This document shows, piece after piece, positions 45,261-57,645 of a stretch of DNA of 64,000 bases. Location: NCBI GenBank assembly GCA_000004985.1, contig GG738905.1, one strand, 5' to 3'. The DNA is from Naegleria gruberi. Taxonomy: Eukaryota. Positions within the stretch are counted from its first letter, which is position 1, and each line of letters starts with the position of its first letter. The notes beneath the pieces are model-generated. The model was not told the origin of the DNA. It did not search any database and saw nothing but the letters and a program-made list of their open reading frames with translations. The translations under genes were made by a program, and so were the position numbers.

Positions 45261-45747
45261 TTTTGTTTTGTGTGATGTTTACAAATACGAAAGCAGTTGC
45301 TTTGAACGAAATTGTGTCGATGGGGCTCACTAAGATTGAACTTATCAAAAATCGTCTCAAACCCTATACTATCCCCTCCATATATAAACCATTTCTAAAG
45401 AAAGAAAGGAAAATTACTTTAAAATTTTTTAAACTTACCCAATCTGCAATTATAATTTACTGGAATAGATGAACAGCCATGAAATTCGTATTTCAACATA
45501 TACTTCACGCAGCACTTGCTACATAGAAAATATGTGGAAGGGAAGAAACAGAAGCAAACATGAGAGTTTGTGCCAGCTCAGTTTCGTATAAAGATTCAAA
45601 CACAGTAATCACAACCCAAAAGTAGTCAATTTCCAATAAATTGTATTTGGTTATTGTTTTGTTGTTGTTATAATATGCTGTAACAACTACAATTTATTGG
45701 AATTTTCAAATTTCATTGTTTTTTTATTATTTTTAAATTTCGAATTG

Positions 45748-47583
45748 TTATAAATTAATCTTGAAAACCTCAATTTCCTTAACTTTGAAATTATTTCTTG
45801 TTCCACCATGTAAATAATTTCCAGCTTGTTGACTTCCTTCCACAATTCCCTCAGGCAATTCGAAAGATCCTCCAAGATTCGAATAAGAATAATCACCTGT
45901 AGCACTCTCATTGCAAATATACAAATCACAAGGAAATCCATACGAAACTGAATAAATATCTCTCATGAGTACTGAATTACTTTGTTTTCCATTTTGAAGT
46001 TTTAACACTTTCAATTCTAGTTGACCATTTACATCAATTACCTTAAAAAGGAAGACAGATTCATCTGGAAAGTAGGTTGCATTTTCTGGTGATTGCCAAC
46101 TAACAGATGTGTAGCCTCCAAATATATTACCATGTTCAGATTTGATTAGTGACAGAGTTGGACCTTTGTTGTCACATTTTTCATGGAAGTTTTTCGCACT
46201 AAATCCATCTCTGGTAGCTCTATAAAGAAGTTCGATAGTTGGCTTGCTTTTTGTGAGAGAAATGAGATTTCTGATTAGGTTTTTGTCTGTAATTAGTTTC
46301 GAATTGATATGTTCGAAACTAGATGAATCATATTCGCAACCATTCCAATTGCATTGATCAAAGAATGTATTAATAAATGAAAATCTAATCAAATTTTGAT
46401 TGGAAAGGTCAATATTTTGGAAACGAATGTCCTTAATTTCTCTCGTTTCGAATAATGAAAAATCAATAAGGCAAGAATCGAATATATTTCCTTCATAAGG
46501 TGATAAATCTCTCAATGAATTTCTAAAATCAATTCTCTTGAATGTGCATTGTTGAAATTTGGCTTTGAGATTGAAATCCATTTCTTCAAATACTGATTGG
46601 TTGAATTGACAATTGACAGCTTCAAAACCAGGCACATGAAGCTTCTTGAAATGAGTTCCTTTGATGATACAGTTTGATAACTTTGAATTAGTTAAATTAC
46701 TTTCCCAAATAATTGCCTTTGTCAAGTCAACTGAGTCAAAATCAATATTTTCCAAATTAGAATTTGACAAGTTACAGCATGAGAGATCACTGTTCGGTAA
46801 TATTGCTCTTTTAAATGAAGAACGAGTAATACTTGAGTGGGCTAAAGTAGTTCTTGTCAAATCACAACCTTCAAAATTACATTCTACCAAGCAGCAATTT
46901 TTCAAAGTGGCATTTGACATGTTGCAACCACTAAAAACACTTCCTTTCAAATTGGATCTATCTAAAACAATACCACGTAAATCCATTCCACTAAAATTAC
47001 AATTAGTAAATGTGCAATCTGTCAAATTAGCTTTTGCCAATTTTAGCTTTCTCATGTCATAACTGTTTAACCAAACTTTATGCTGAGTTGATTGCATCAT
47101 TTGGATGAATTCTTTCATGGTAATTGGATTGTAATTGTGTGATTCCTGTTTTAGTAATTTTGAAAAGTTGAACATTTGACAGGTGCAGAGAAATTCCTGT
47201 TTGATGTCACTTGTGATTTCACCAACAATTTTAAACTTTAACCAATTGTAAAGTAATTTGAAAATCTTCGGATCACAATCTATGAAAATTGGTTGATTGG
47301 CATTTGACAGTTGACCAGAAATTATTTTACCAAATTCATTGGCTGGTTCTATTGGATTGTTAATAAAAGTGGTTACGGAAACAGTAAAGAGAGTTCCGCC
47401 AACATTCAGAGTAATTGGATCACTCATATGGTTTCCAATACCTTTAGTTTGATTAGTTTCATAATATTCTACTCTTTCATAATTAGTCAATGATTTACTT
47501 TGATCAACAAAATTTTGATTAGTATTGTTTGGTTCTTTCATTTTTTTGAAACTTGTTTTTTGAAATTGATCTCTACAATTCAT
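45748..47583 (-). CDS. BTB/T1 (KCTD-like) protein with pentapeptide repeats and a C-terminal TLDc domain, 611 aa.
   Basis: BTB/T1 ITLNVGGTLFTVSVTTF...KIFKLLYNWLKFK. Pentapeptide repeats LTDCTFTNCNFSGMDLRGIVLDRSNLKGSVFSGCNMSNATLKNCCLVECNFEGCDL. TLDc-like region TLSLIKSEHGNIFGGYTSVSW...FLFKV. The BTB-pentapeptide layout resembles KCTD9. Confidence 0.65.
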   Translation of the reverse strand: MNCRDQFQKTSFKKMKEPNNTNQNFVDQSKSLTNYERVEYYETNQTKGIGNHMSDPITLNVGGTLFTVSVTTFINNPIEPANEFGKIISGQLSNANQPIFIDCDPKIFKLLYNWLKFKIVGEITSDIKQEFLCTCQMFNFSKLLKQESHNYNPITMKEFIQMMQSTQHKVWLNSYDMRKLKLAKANLTDCTFTNCNFSGMDLRGIVLDRSNLKGSVFSGCNMSNATLKNCCLVECNFEGCDLTRTTLAHSSITRSSFKRAILPNSDLSCCNLSNSNLENIDFDSVDLTKAIIWESNLTNSKLSNCIIKGTHFKKLHVPGFEAVNCQFNQSVFEEMDFNLKAKFQQCTFKRIDFRNSLRDLSPYEGNIFDSCLIDFSLFETREIKDIRFQNIDLSNQNLIRFSFINTFFDQCNWNGCEYDSSSFEHINSKLITDKNLIRNLISLTKSKPTIELLYRATRDGFSAKNFHEKCDNKGPTLSLIKSEHGNIFGGYTSVSWQSPENATYFPDESVFLFKVIDVNGQLELKVLKLQNGKQSNSVLMRDIYSVSYGFPCDLYICNESATGDYSYSNLGGSFELPEGIVEGSQQAGNYLHGGTRNNFKVKEIEVFKINL

Positions 47584-48127
47584 TCTACATTTCCAACATG
47601 GCTGTGAAACACAAATTTATTTACAAAATTAATTTCACACCAATGGAAGATGGAATTTCTTCATTTGAAATCTCTCCAATCAACAACAATACTGAACCAC
47701 TCCTCGCCAATCTCACATTCCTTCAATACCACTGCTCTCAACACTCAACTGTAACAAGATATCAATGGAAATTGAATAAAAATTCGAAACGTGATTGTAA
47801 ACTTTGAAAAAACATTTCATGATCGGAAGCTTGATTCACCATGATGTTTACAAACTGTAGTTGTTGTAAGAAGATAATAGAATTCATACGCTAATTAAAT
47901 GATTGGTTAGAAAGTCCTCCGTACTATTATAATCCGATAACACATTTCCTTTCTTGATCTATTTGGCTAAATGGGTAAATTTAATACCAAACTGTTAAAA
48001 AGATCATGTAATTGATTGAATCATCTCCACAAATTTCACACACCATTTTCTATAAAGCAACAAGTCAGCAGAAACAACAACAACACAATTCAAAATTTTT
48101 GAATAAATTAAATATTATATTTTACAA

Positions 48128-48904
48128 TTAATGAGTGAGCATACAAGTTCTGGCCTTTGATTGATCATTAGAGAATCCAAAAACTGAAACAACAGTTTCA
48201 GCAGCTTGCTTTCTATCATAAATACAAGTAACAATCAAATCCAATGCCTTCATCTTATCATTATCAAATCCAAAAACTCTCAAAACAGAAGCAGCTTCAG
48301 TTGAGCTCATTTGACCAATATTGTTAGTTTGCTTCAATTGAGTCAATGCCTTAACCTTATCATTATCAAAACCGAACAAATTCAAAATGGTGACCAAATC
48401 AGCACCACTGACTGGACAACATTGAGATGAGGAGTAAGTTTGAACTGCCTTGACCTTATCATTGTCGAATGAAGCATTTCTGCAGGCAGCAATAATTTGT
48501 TGAGCCAAAGCACCACTGCTCATTTGTGGTTGTGGAGAGAATCCAGAGGTTGTGGTAGTTGTGGTTGTGGAGAAACTGGCATTAACAGTTGGTTGTTGGT
48601 GATATTGAGGTTGACCGTATTGTTGTTGAGGTGGGACGTTCATATTAACACCAAATCCTGGCATATTCATGGAAACACCCATTTGTGGTTGTTGTTGGTA
48701 TTGTGGTTGACCGAAAGATTGTGGTTGACCGTATGGTTGTTGAGTTGGAACATTCATATTGACACCGAATCCTGGCATATTCATGGAAACACCAACTTGT
48801 GGTTGACCATAAGGTTGATTTGGTTGCATATTCATATTAACACCCATTTGTGGTTGACCATATGGTGGTTGATTAGGAGTACCCATGCCAAAGTTAAAAT
48901 TCAT
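48128..48904 (-). CDS. Protein with a (P/Q/G/M)-rich N-terminal half and four C-terminal DUF4476-like repeats (FGFDNDKVKA...).
   Basis: The likely start is MNFNFGMGTPNQ. Repeats: ASFDNDKVKAVQ, FGFDNDKVKALTQL, FGFDNDKMKALDLI, FGFSNDQSKART. Confidence 0.5.
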   Translation of the reverse strand: MNFNFGMGTPNQPPYGQPQMGVNMNMQPNQPYGQPQVGVSMNMPGFGVNMNVPTQQPYGQPQSFGQPQYQQQPQMGVSMNMPGFGVNMNVPPQQQYGQPQYHQQPTVNASFSTTTTTTTSGFSPQPQMSSGALAQQIIAACRNASFDNDKVKAVQTYSSSQCCPVSGADLVTILNLFGFDNDKVKALTQLKQTNNIGQMSSTEAASVLRVFGFDNDKMKALDLIVTCIYDRKQAAETVVSVFGFSNDQSKARTCMLTH

Positions 48905-49335
48905 TTTTGTGTGATTTGATTTGATTGTTGGACTCGAATGAGTTGTTGATTTGTTTTTTTTACTGTTGTGTGATCTTGTTGTGAAGAGATATTTATTATG
49001 CGTCCACTGTAATATCAATCGGCTTGTGTGTTACTTGCAATTCACATTACAGTGGTTGCATACAGGTCACCACATGGGAGTATGTAACATTGGTTATTGA
49101 CTCAAGTCATTGGTTATTGTAAAATATGACAGATTACTGTGCTCGGAGGGTAAAACACATCGGGTAGTGAATAGCGAGCGCGATGAAACTCCTCTTACAT
49201 TGAATTACAAATAAATATTAAATAATTTATGATAGATATCGAGATTTAACACTCCATTGCGGAATGTGGTACTAGAACTGACATGTTGGTTGAGTAGAAA
49301 ATTCCACTACAGAACTGGAATAGGTTGATAAAAAA

Positions 49336-52300
49336 TTAGAATCGATTAGATGAGGTAATTAGTAATTCCAAAGCTTCAACCCAATCACTACGATCTTCTT
49401 CTGAGGCAGCATTGAAAACAAATGTTCTATTGAGGGTTGATAATTTAAAGCAATTAGCCCTTCCGGCTTCCTTTTCAATTTCAGGTGCCATTTGAATACG
49501 TGTTCCTCTGAGTGCAACACTCTTAATTGGTTTTGGATCTCCTTGATTCTTATAATAGGAAAGCTGGTATTGGTTTGCTTTACCACCTTCGAGTGGTTCA
49601 AGTGCCATGAAACGCTTCTTCCACGATTTGAATCCACCACCTTGTTTAATCAAGTAACCATTCTTGTTCTTTGCCTTTTCAAATTTCAAATCTGATGAAC
49701 CACCACTACTGAGAATTGATTCACTTCTCGATTTGTTTGATGAAATGGAACCAATAGCAGATCCTCTCACACTCGTCTTTACAACAGCAGATCTGCCAGT
49801 GGTGGTTGAGGATGAAGCTGAACTACCACCCGACTTTTCTGAACCCATGAGTGGATTAATTGTAACTGTAAATTCAGGTTCATAATCAACATCGTCAGAC
49901 ACAGATGAAGTTATTGATGAATTAGCAGTAGAAGATGAGGTAGTCATTGGATTTGAAGCAACAACAGTTGTACGGAGACGAACTGTGGCACGTTTCTTTT
50001 GGGTTGTTTTGGTTTCATCATCATTTGAAGAGTGGGAAGTGAACATTCCACGAGACTTGTTTGGAGAACTCAATTGAATATCATCTTCATAGTAATCAGT
50101 GGATTCCTCTGAGAATGATGAAGTACTTCCTCTACTGATGTTGTTGGTATTACTATTATTGGTGTCATTATTAGATGTGGCACTTGTTGGAGGAGGAGAG
50201 GTCATAATGATGGAACCACTTGTACCAATAACACGGGAATTAGTAGGAGTGGAAGGTGATGGTGATTGGTTGTTTGAAGCTTGTTGTGGAGTTGTGTTTG
50301 GAGTGGCAGCTTCAGTTGGTGGTTTTACAACAACAGTTCTCCTCACTACACGAACAATCTTCTTTGGTGCACCAGTTCCATTTTCATCAGTTTCACCACT
50401 AATGGATGGACGAGGTTGTGAATTTTCAGGTGGAAGAGCAACATGTTTTGGTTCTGAAAGTCTTGGTTGTTGTTGTTCTGGTTCAGTTGGTTTGACTTTC
50501 TCTGGTTCTTTCTGTACAACAACTGGTTTGGCTTTTGCAAGTTCTTCCTTTTCCTTCTCGAGGGTTGCAACTTTTTGCTCTTGTTCAAGTTTTTCACGCA
50601 TGACACTTTGAAGTTGTTTCTTTAATTCTTCAACTTCAGAGGTGAGCTCAGAAACAGTAGAATTCAAGACATAAACTTGCTCTTCAGTTTGTTTGATTGA
50701 TTTTTGGCTATCCTTTTCCAATTTTTCATATTTTGATTTGTATTGAGAAAGTTCCTTCTCCAACTTTTTAGCATGATCATTGGCAGAGTCAAACTTGCCT
50801 TCCAATTCAGCTTTGGAGACTTCAAATTCATCCTCCTTGTCTCTCAATTGTTGCTCCAAATCATTGATGGTGTTTTGCTTTTCTTCCATTTGATCTGAAA
50901 TTTCCATAATTTCATTTTGTAAGGTGAGCTTTTCTTGCTTTTGTTTCTTGACTGCTTCCTCCAAATCTTGTTGATACTTCTTTTGGAGTTCTTCAATTGT
51001 TACATTCTTTTGGTTTTCAATTTCAGAAATCTTTCTTTCTTGTTGCTTGATTTGTTGACAGTGCTTTTCATTAATTTCCTTGATCTTTTCATTGGTTTCA
51101 ATTTCGAATTGAGTTTCAACACGTTTACGCTCATCTTCAACAGCCTTATTCTTTTCCAATTCTAAGGAGCTCTTTGTTTGTTGGATAAGAATTTGGGATT
51201 TTTGTCGTTCTTCCTTCAAGGAAATGTCCAATTCCTCAGCCTTGGTCTTGGCTTCACTCCATTCATTTTTGATAGCAGCAATTTCACTCTCCTTGTCTTC
51301 AATCTTCTTTTCGGCTTGAGACGTTTTTTCTGCTTGTTCAGAGACAAGTTTTTTCACTTGAGAAACTTCCAATTCGTGAGCAGATTTCAAAGTTTGTTCA
51401 AGAGTTTCCAATTCCTTCTTGTGTGAAACTTTGAGTTGGTTGGTGGTTTCAACTTGAACTTCCAAATCTGATTTGACAGAACTCAATTCCTGTTGGGTTG
51501 ATTGAAGACTTGCCTTGGTTGTTGCTACCAGTTCCTTCTCATTTTGGAGATCCTTCTTGATTTGATCACGTTCTTCAACCAATTTTTGGTATTGACTCTC
51601 CTTCTCAGAGATGATAGAATTCAATGATTCAATCTTGGTTTGAAGTTCCTTACGTTCTACATTGAATGATTCGACACTAGAGAGATTTGAAGTAACCATT
51701 GAGTTCTTATCTGATAATTCCTGCTCCAATTTACTCTTTGTAGTTTCGAGAGCAGTAACCTTTTCTTCGTAGGTTGTTTTGATGGTTTCCAATTCTGACT
51801 TGGATTCTCTCAATTTCTTTTCAGCGGCCTCAAGATCTTGAGTTAACTTGTCAATCTTTCCTTGAGCATTGGATTTTTCTTCAGACATATTCTTGTTAAA
51901 CTCATCTTGCAACAATTGAACTTGTTGTTGGTGTTGTTTTTGTTGGGAGATTTTTTCACTTTCAAAAGTCTTTTCCAATTTTTCTTTTGACTTTTCGGCA
52001 GCTTCCAAACTGGCAACAGCCTGTTCATGCTTTTGCTTCCATTCTAAGAGTTCTGCAGTTTCAGTGGCGAGCTTACCCTTGATTGTTTCAAGTTCTTCAG
52101 AAATGGATTCCTTCTCCTTACCAATCTTTTCCAAATTGTGTTGTAAGCTGGCAATTTCTTGTTGGAGCTGATTCTTTTGTTTAAGTTTTTCATCTTCCAA
52201 TTGAGTGACTGTTTCTGAAAGTTCCTTGATTCTTTGCAAGTTTGTGTTATTTTGACTGTCGAGAGCTGTTGATGATTCAACATTCTTTTCTTGCAAGTTA

Positions 52301-55300
52301 TTGATTTGTTGTTGGAGTAAATTAGCTTCCTCAGCTTTGGTCTTGAGTTTGTTCTCTGTATTGCTCAACTGCTCTTGCAAGGAGATGATATTTTGTTTGT
52401 ATTCACTTTCCTTCTTGGAAGCCTCTTCTAAACTTGTCTTGATTTGAGTAATTGTACTCTCTGACTTGACCTTTTCAGTAGTGAGGGTTTCATTTTGCTT
52501 TTCAGCTCTTTCAGCACGATCACGAAGTTTGATAGCTTCTTCCTTCTTTTGTGAGAGTTGGGATGAGAGATCTTCAATTTCTTTCTTGAGCTCAGTGTTG
52601 CTGTTAGTCAAGTTTTCAATAGCAATTGAATTTTCTGAGATTTTAGCATTCAAGATTTGAATTTCCTTATTCTTTTCTTCAATTGTCTTTTCGAGTTTGG
52701 AAATTGATTCTTGGGAGGATGAAAACTTTCTCTCCAAATCAGAAACCTTGGATTGTTCTTCGGAGAGCTTGGTTTCACTCTCTTTGAGTTTAGTTTCTAG
52801 AGAGGACTTTTCAGACTTAAGAGTGGAAATTTCTTGTTCCTTTGTTGAAATTGTATTTTGCAAGGTTGAAATAGATTCCTTTCCACTTTCAATACTCTTG
52901 TTGAGAGCTTCAATTTCCTTCTCCTTTGTAGCGATTTGGTTGTTAAGAGTATCAATAGAGGTCTTATTTTGTGAGATGGTTGTTTCCAAATCCTTCTTCA
53001 ACTTTCTTTCTTCCTCTAATTGATTTTCAACATTTTCCAAATCTGATTTAGATTGTTTGAGGTTGTCCTTCAAGGTATTAATGTTATTCTTGAATTGTTC
53101 AACTTGATTACCCAAATCGTCGTTTTCCTTTTGAATGGTCGAAATCTTTAACGATGATTCTTGTTCTTGCTTTTCTAAATTTACAATCTTGAGAGACAAT
53201 TCGCTGGCAGCTTGCTTTTGCTTGTCAAGTTCTTGTTTGAGGTTGTTCTTTTCCTCTAGTGTCTTGTTCATATCATCCTTCAATTTGGAAATTTCCTTCT
53301 TGGCTTCTTCTAATTGGTTATTGATACGAGTCATGTTCTTTTCATTTTCAATTTGAATGAGAGAGAGTTGATTCTTGGCTGTTTCAATAATGGATGGTCC
53401 CATAGTATCAAAAAGAGCGCTTTGGGCAGCTGTACACAGTTGCTTGACATCAGTTGTGAGTTTTTCTCTAACTTCAGCTTTAGCACGTTTAATTTGTTTG
53501 GAGAGAAGTACAATCTTGGAGGAAACAGATACCTTATATGATTCATGATTAGATTCAAGCTTTTTCTTTTGTTCTGAGAGGTTTTCAACTTCTTTCAACT
53601 TTTCAGAGATGGTATTGTTCAATGTTTGTAATTCCTCGATTTGTTTCTTAATCAAATTTTCATCATCACTATTCTTCTTTTTCAACTCTTGTTCTGACAA
53701 TTTAATGGCATTCAATTGAGTTTGAAGAAGTTCGATTTGATCCTTCAAGGATGTATTGACTTGATTCAATGATTGATATTGAGATGACAATTCTTCTAAG
53801 TTGCCTTGGAGCGTCTTAATTTGTTGTTTTTGAGCATGATATTCCTTCTCAGTTTCTTGCAATTTCTTCAAATCAGTAGCAACAGATGCTGTTATTTTTA
53901 ACAATTTCAATAATTCAATTCAATTAATAATAATATACTTACAAATCAATTGATCGGCTGTGTTATCAATAGTCTTGGTGATTTGTTCTACAGGTACATT
54001 ATCTTGTTTGTCGGAGACTTTTTCGTTTGCACCTTCTTCTGATTCAGTTCCATAAGGTGTTAAATTTTCAGATTTTACACCCCTGATTACAACATTCTTC
54101 AATGTTGAATCAGCAAACTCTAAATTGTCTGTTGTAAACTGAGCAGCATGTGGAATGGCAGGAGAACAATTTACAACTGTTGTTGTACAAGTGTTGTGCA
54201 ATGAACGAGAATAGAGAATAGCAGATAAACTCGAAGAATAGAATTGACTATCATCTTCTTGTGCCTTTGGATCATTAATCAATGTGCACAAATCATAGAA
54301 GGTCAAGTGACCATTTTCCAATTCTTCCATTTCTTCTTCAGAGACACCAACCAATGGAGATTCCAAATCTATAACAGTTAATTTGCTGTTGACTACCTTT
54401 TGCTTATTATTGTCCTTTTGTTGCACAGTTAATTCTACAAATAAGTTGGAGGCAAACTTGGTTTCCTTCTTTACCTTTTCCAATTTTCTCTTTCCGATAC
54501 AAGATGCCAAAATTTCCAACAATTCATCATCAGCACCAACATATTGTTCAATCAGGCCATTAATTTCAATCTCTTGAGTTTCTTCCTGAAGTAAACATTC
54601 CAAACCATTGAATTCTTTAATAATTAAAAAATTATTCAAAAATCCAGGATGATATGTTATTGTTGTTGTTGTTGTTGAAGAAGAAGAAGAATATTCCGAG
54701 ATGAATTATATTATCAGGATGAAGTAAATTTGTTTTTTACAGTAAATTTTAAAAACAAACAAAAAGGGCGCCAAACAATTAAAACATGTAAAATAATGAC
54801 TTACCTTCAGAGCCTTGTTGTTGCACGTGAGTTTCATTCAACAAATCGCAAATAATACCACTTCCACTCCAAACCTCATAGACACTCACCTTGATAGTAA
54901 ATTCCAAACTCTCATCACTCTCCACAATAGCATCAAATACACCTCTAACAAAACGAGGTAAAACACCATCATTTTCCTTTTCTTCTTGCCAATCAATGAT
55001 AGAGGCTGGATTAACAGCTTCCGAACCAAACATGGTGAAGGTTTTACCAGACTTTGGTGGAGCTCCCCATGAGAGGAAGGTTACATTCTTACCAGACATG
55101 AAGGTGGAAATCATAGGCTTGGCTACTTCATCATATATTTCCTGTTGAGAGGTGTTCATGTTGAAAACACGATCAAATTGATACTCTTTAGGTTGTTCCA
55201 CACCATACTATAGTATTATTGTTATTGTTGTTAGCATTATTATTATTTAGTAGCATATGTTGGAGAAAAGAGATGAAGGAGAAATTATTGTTCATAGTAT

Positions 55301-55640
55301 AAGAGTTCCACATCATCAATAATTATATTAAATAGTAGTAAAATTGTGTTCATTTCATCATCGTACGACATTAAAACATAATCATCACCATTAAATACAA
55401 ATTTCATAACGATTTGAGCATGATCGGACATTTTGGATGCATTATAATTTCATCATAATAATTATTAATACAAGTGAATTAATTCACTTTGCTTACCTTC
55501 AACAATAACTTTTTACCAGACTTGTGAAAAGCAGCACAACATTTTGTAGCATCTTCTTTGACTGCTGTTGGTGGATCAATGGCTAACACATGAGGCCTGA
55601 AACGAATGAAAAGTCTGAGTTTTTCATCCGATGTTGCCAT
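49336..55640 (-). CDS. Divergent kinesin-3-like gene. A motor domain with degenerate ATPase motifs is followed by a coiled coil of about 1200 aa, a S/T/P-rich region and a C-terminal PH domain. Four exons at about 55499..55640, 54782..55210, 53925..54612 and 49336..53908.
   Basis: Exon 1 reads MATSDEKLRLFIRFRPH. Exon 2 reads YQFDRVFNMNTSQQEIYDEV...GKNVTFLSWGAPPKSGKTFTMFG...GVLPRFVRGVF...VSVYEVWSGSGIICDLL. Exon 3 reads KLTVIDLESPLVG and HLTFYDLCTL. Exon 4 has heptad-rich Q/E/K/L sequence and a PH domain (YLIKQGGGFKSWKKRFMAL...FKLSTLNRTFVFNAASEEDRSDWVEALE). Donors GTAAGC/GTAAGT; splice phases are consistent. Confidence 0.7.
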
Positions 55641-56136
55641 GTCTATCTGTCAATTTAAATTTTTTTAGATGAAAGGTGTGCTTGACAAGTGTTGTGCGAA
55701 TGAGTATCAGGTTATTTGATGACAATGAACAAGCTTGACAAGCAGATCTAAAAAAACATCAACACACACCAGACAAGTGATAGAGATCTCTTGTGTGAAA
55801 ACAATTGGATGTGATGAGTTTACAAGATGTGCAAATTGTAAATATAATTAATATTGATTATTTAAATATTGTTGTAGCCATGAAGGTTCATAAAAACGGA
55901 ATAATATTATTACCTTAATTTTAAAATGTTACAAGATTGTGACATTAATGTTCCGAAAGAGAAATTTCTCTTTGGCTTGATATCTGGCTGTATTAATATG
56001 ATATTTAATAATAATTAATATATTAATACACAATTTTAAGATGTTGGAATTAATTTTTATTCTTGATGTTCAATGTATTAGATAATTGGAAAGCAACAAA
56101 CAGGAACCAAGATTTAAAACTGTAAAATTTAATTAT

Positions 56137-57645
56137 TTATTTTCTATTTTCAATTTTCCTCTTGATGGTTGTGAGGATTTTTCTCTTTTCTTTCAATTGT
56201 TGTTCATACACAACCTTAAATCGATGATGAGTGTCCATCATCAAGACACACATTTCACATTCTACAATTTCGAACAGATTTTCAGGCAATGATTCATTCT
56301 CTCCCTTTGCAAAATAATCTAAAGATTGTTTGACATTATCAGCAATTTGTTTGCTAGTATTGACAGATCGTTCACCTCTAACATCCAAAAAGTCTGTGTG
56401 TATCTCAAATGCAATCTCAAACTTTTTCTTTTCAATATCGTATAAATCCTTTTCTGTGAAACCCTTCTTACCCTTTTTCTTCTTGGATGCATCTTCATTA
56501 CTTGAGGTTGTGGTTTCAGAGAATTGGTCAGATCCACTCAAAATGTCAGTATCGTAAAGGAAGACTTGAATCTCAAAGCTCCTCTCACACAACTTTTTGT
56601 AATCACTAATCTTTTCAAGGAGTAAAAAGTTTTCTTCACTTCTTTCAATTTTACAAAATTCTTTGAATTTCTCACTAAGAGCTGGATCATTGATTGTGTC
56701 CATCAGCATATACTTTTTGACTTGTCTCAGTTGCTTTTCCTTGGTTGTATCTTTTCTAACTGAAAGCGCGATATAAGCAACCAACACTGGAATCACAATG
56801 ACCATAGACACAACAAGGATAATGAGTGAGATGAGGGTTGTGGCCAAGTCTTCATCTGCAATCAGATTTTGCATGTTAATAACATAATCCAAAACTGGTT
56901 GAACTTCTTCGGGATATCCGGCCAAATAGTATTGATAAAGTGATGAATCAAGTGTATTGATAGCTTGAGTATAATTGGATGCTCTCACCATATCTACAAC
57001 TGATAGCTCTACCTTGACAGCTTTTCTTGATCTAACATCTTCTCTGCTCATATTATTTCTTTTAGAATAGACAACATTGTCTGGAACGGAGACAAGTAAC
57101 ACATTGAGCACCTCGTAATACTTATCATGATAGGTCATGAATAAATCAGTATATTGAAGAGAAAGTGTTCTATTGTATTCTGAAACAGCAGAAACTCTAC
57201 AAGAGAGCTTCATCAAATCTCTATAGTAGCTTGCGTCTGTTTGCAATACTTGCACATTGTTGTACAAATTGGTGACAATCGAATAGTTAACAGAAATAGC
57301 TGCCAACAATAAACAGAATGCTACTGTACTGATGGATAGAGCAATCATACTTGTAAGCTTCAAACAGTTCAGCTCCAAGATACCACAACATGTGTGAATT
57401 TTGAAAGCCTTGTTATAGAATTTGGTTACAGATGATGAACGTGGAGTTTTCAATGATGATGGGAGTGACTTTTGTTTGTGAATTGAATCTCTTTTGGCCA
57501 TTTGATTATCTATATCAACGATATCAATGGTTGTTTGGCTTGTCAATGAAGTCAAATTGGAACCTGTTGGTGGTGAGACAATCTTCATTTCGTAAGACAC
57601 ATGTTGGCTGGTGTCAATATTCTCAGAGGAGGAGATGTTTGTCAT
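56137..57645 (-). CDS. RGS-domain membrane protein: TM1, an extracellular sensor-like domain of about 170 aa, TM2, then a cytoplasmic RGS domain. 502 aa.
   Basis: TM1 MIALSISTVAFCLLLAAISV. TM2 LISLIILVVSMVIVIPVLVAYIAL. RGS signature DPALSEKFKEFCKIERSEENFLLLEKISDYKKL. Confidence 0.65.
   Translation of the reverse strand: MTNISSSENIDTSQHVSYEMKIVSPPTGSNLTSLTSQTTIDIVDIDNQMAKRDSIHKQKSLPSSLKTPRSSSVTKFYNKAFKIHTCCGILELNCLKLTSMIALSISTVAFCLLLAAISVNYSIVTNLYNNVQVLQTDASYYRDLMKLSCRVSAVSEYNRTLSLQYTDLFMTYHDKYYEVLNVLLVSVPDNVVYSKRNNMSREDVRSRKAVKVELSVVDMVRASNYTQAINTLDSSLYQYYLAGYPEEVQPVLDYVINMQNLIADEDLATTLISLIILVVSMVIVIPVLVAYIALSVRKDTTKEKQLRQVKKYMLMDTINDPALSEKFKEFCKIERSEENFLLLEKISDYKKLCERSFEIQVFLYDTDILSGSDQFSETTTSSNEDASKKKKGKKGFTEKDLYDIEKKKFEIAFEIHTDFLDVRGERSVNTSKQIADNVKQSLDYFAKGENESLPENLFEIVECEMCVLMMDTHHRFKVVYEQQLKEKRKILTTIKRKIENRK

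Noticed and set aside
55640-56136. Possible promoter or bidirectional regulatory region between the divergently transcribed kinesin-like and TM-RGS genes
   Set aside because: AT-rich intergenic DNA without any specific motif I can identify confidently.
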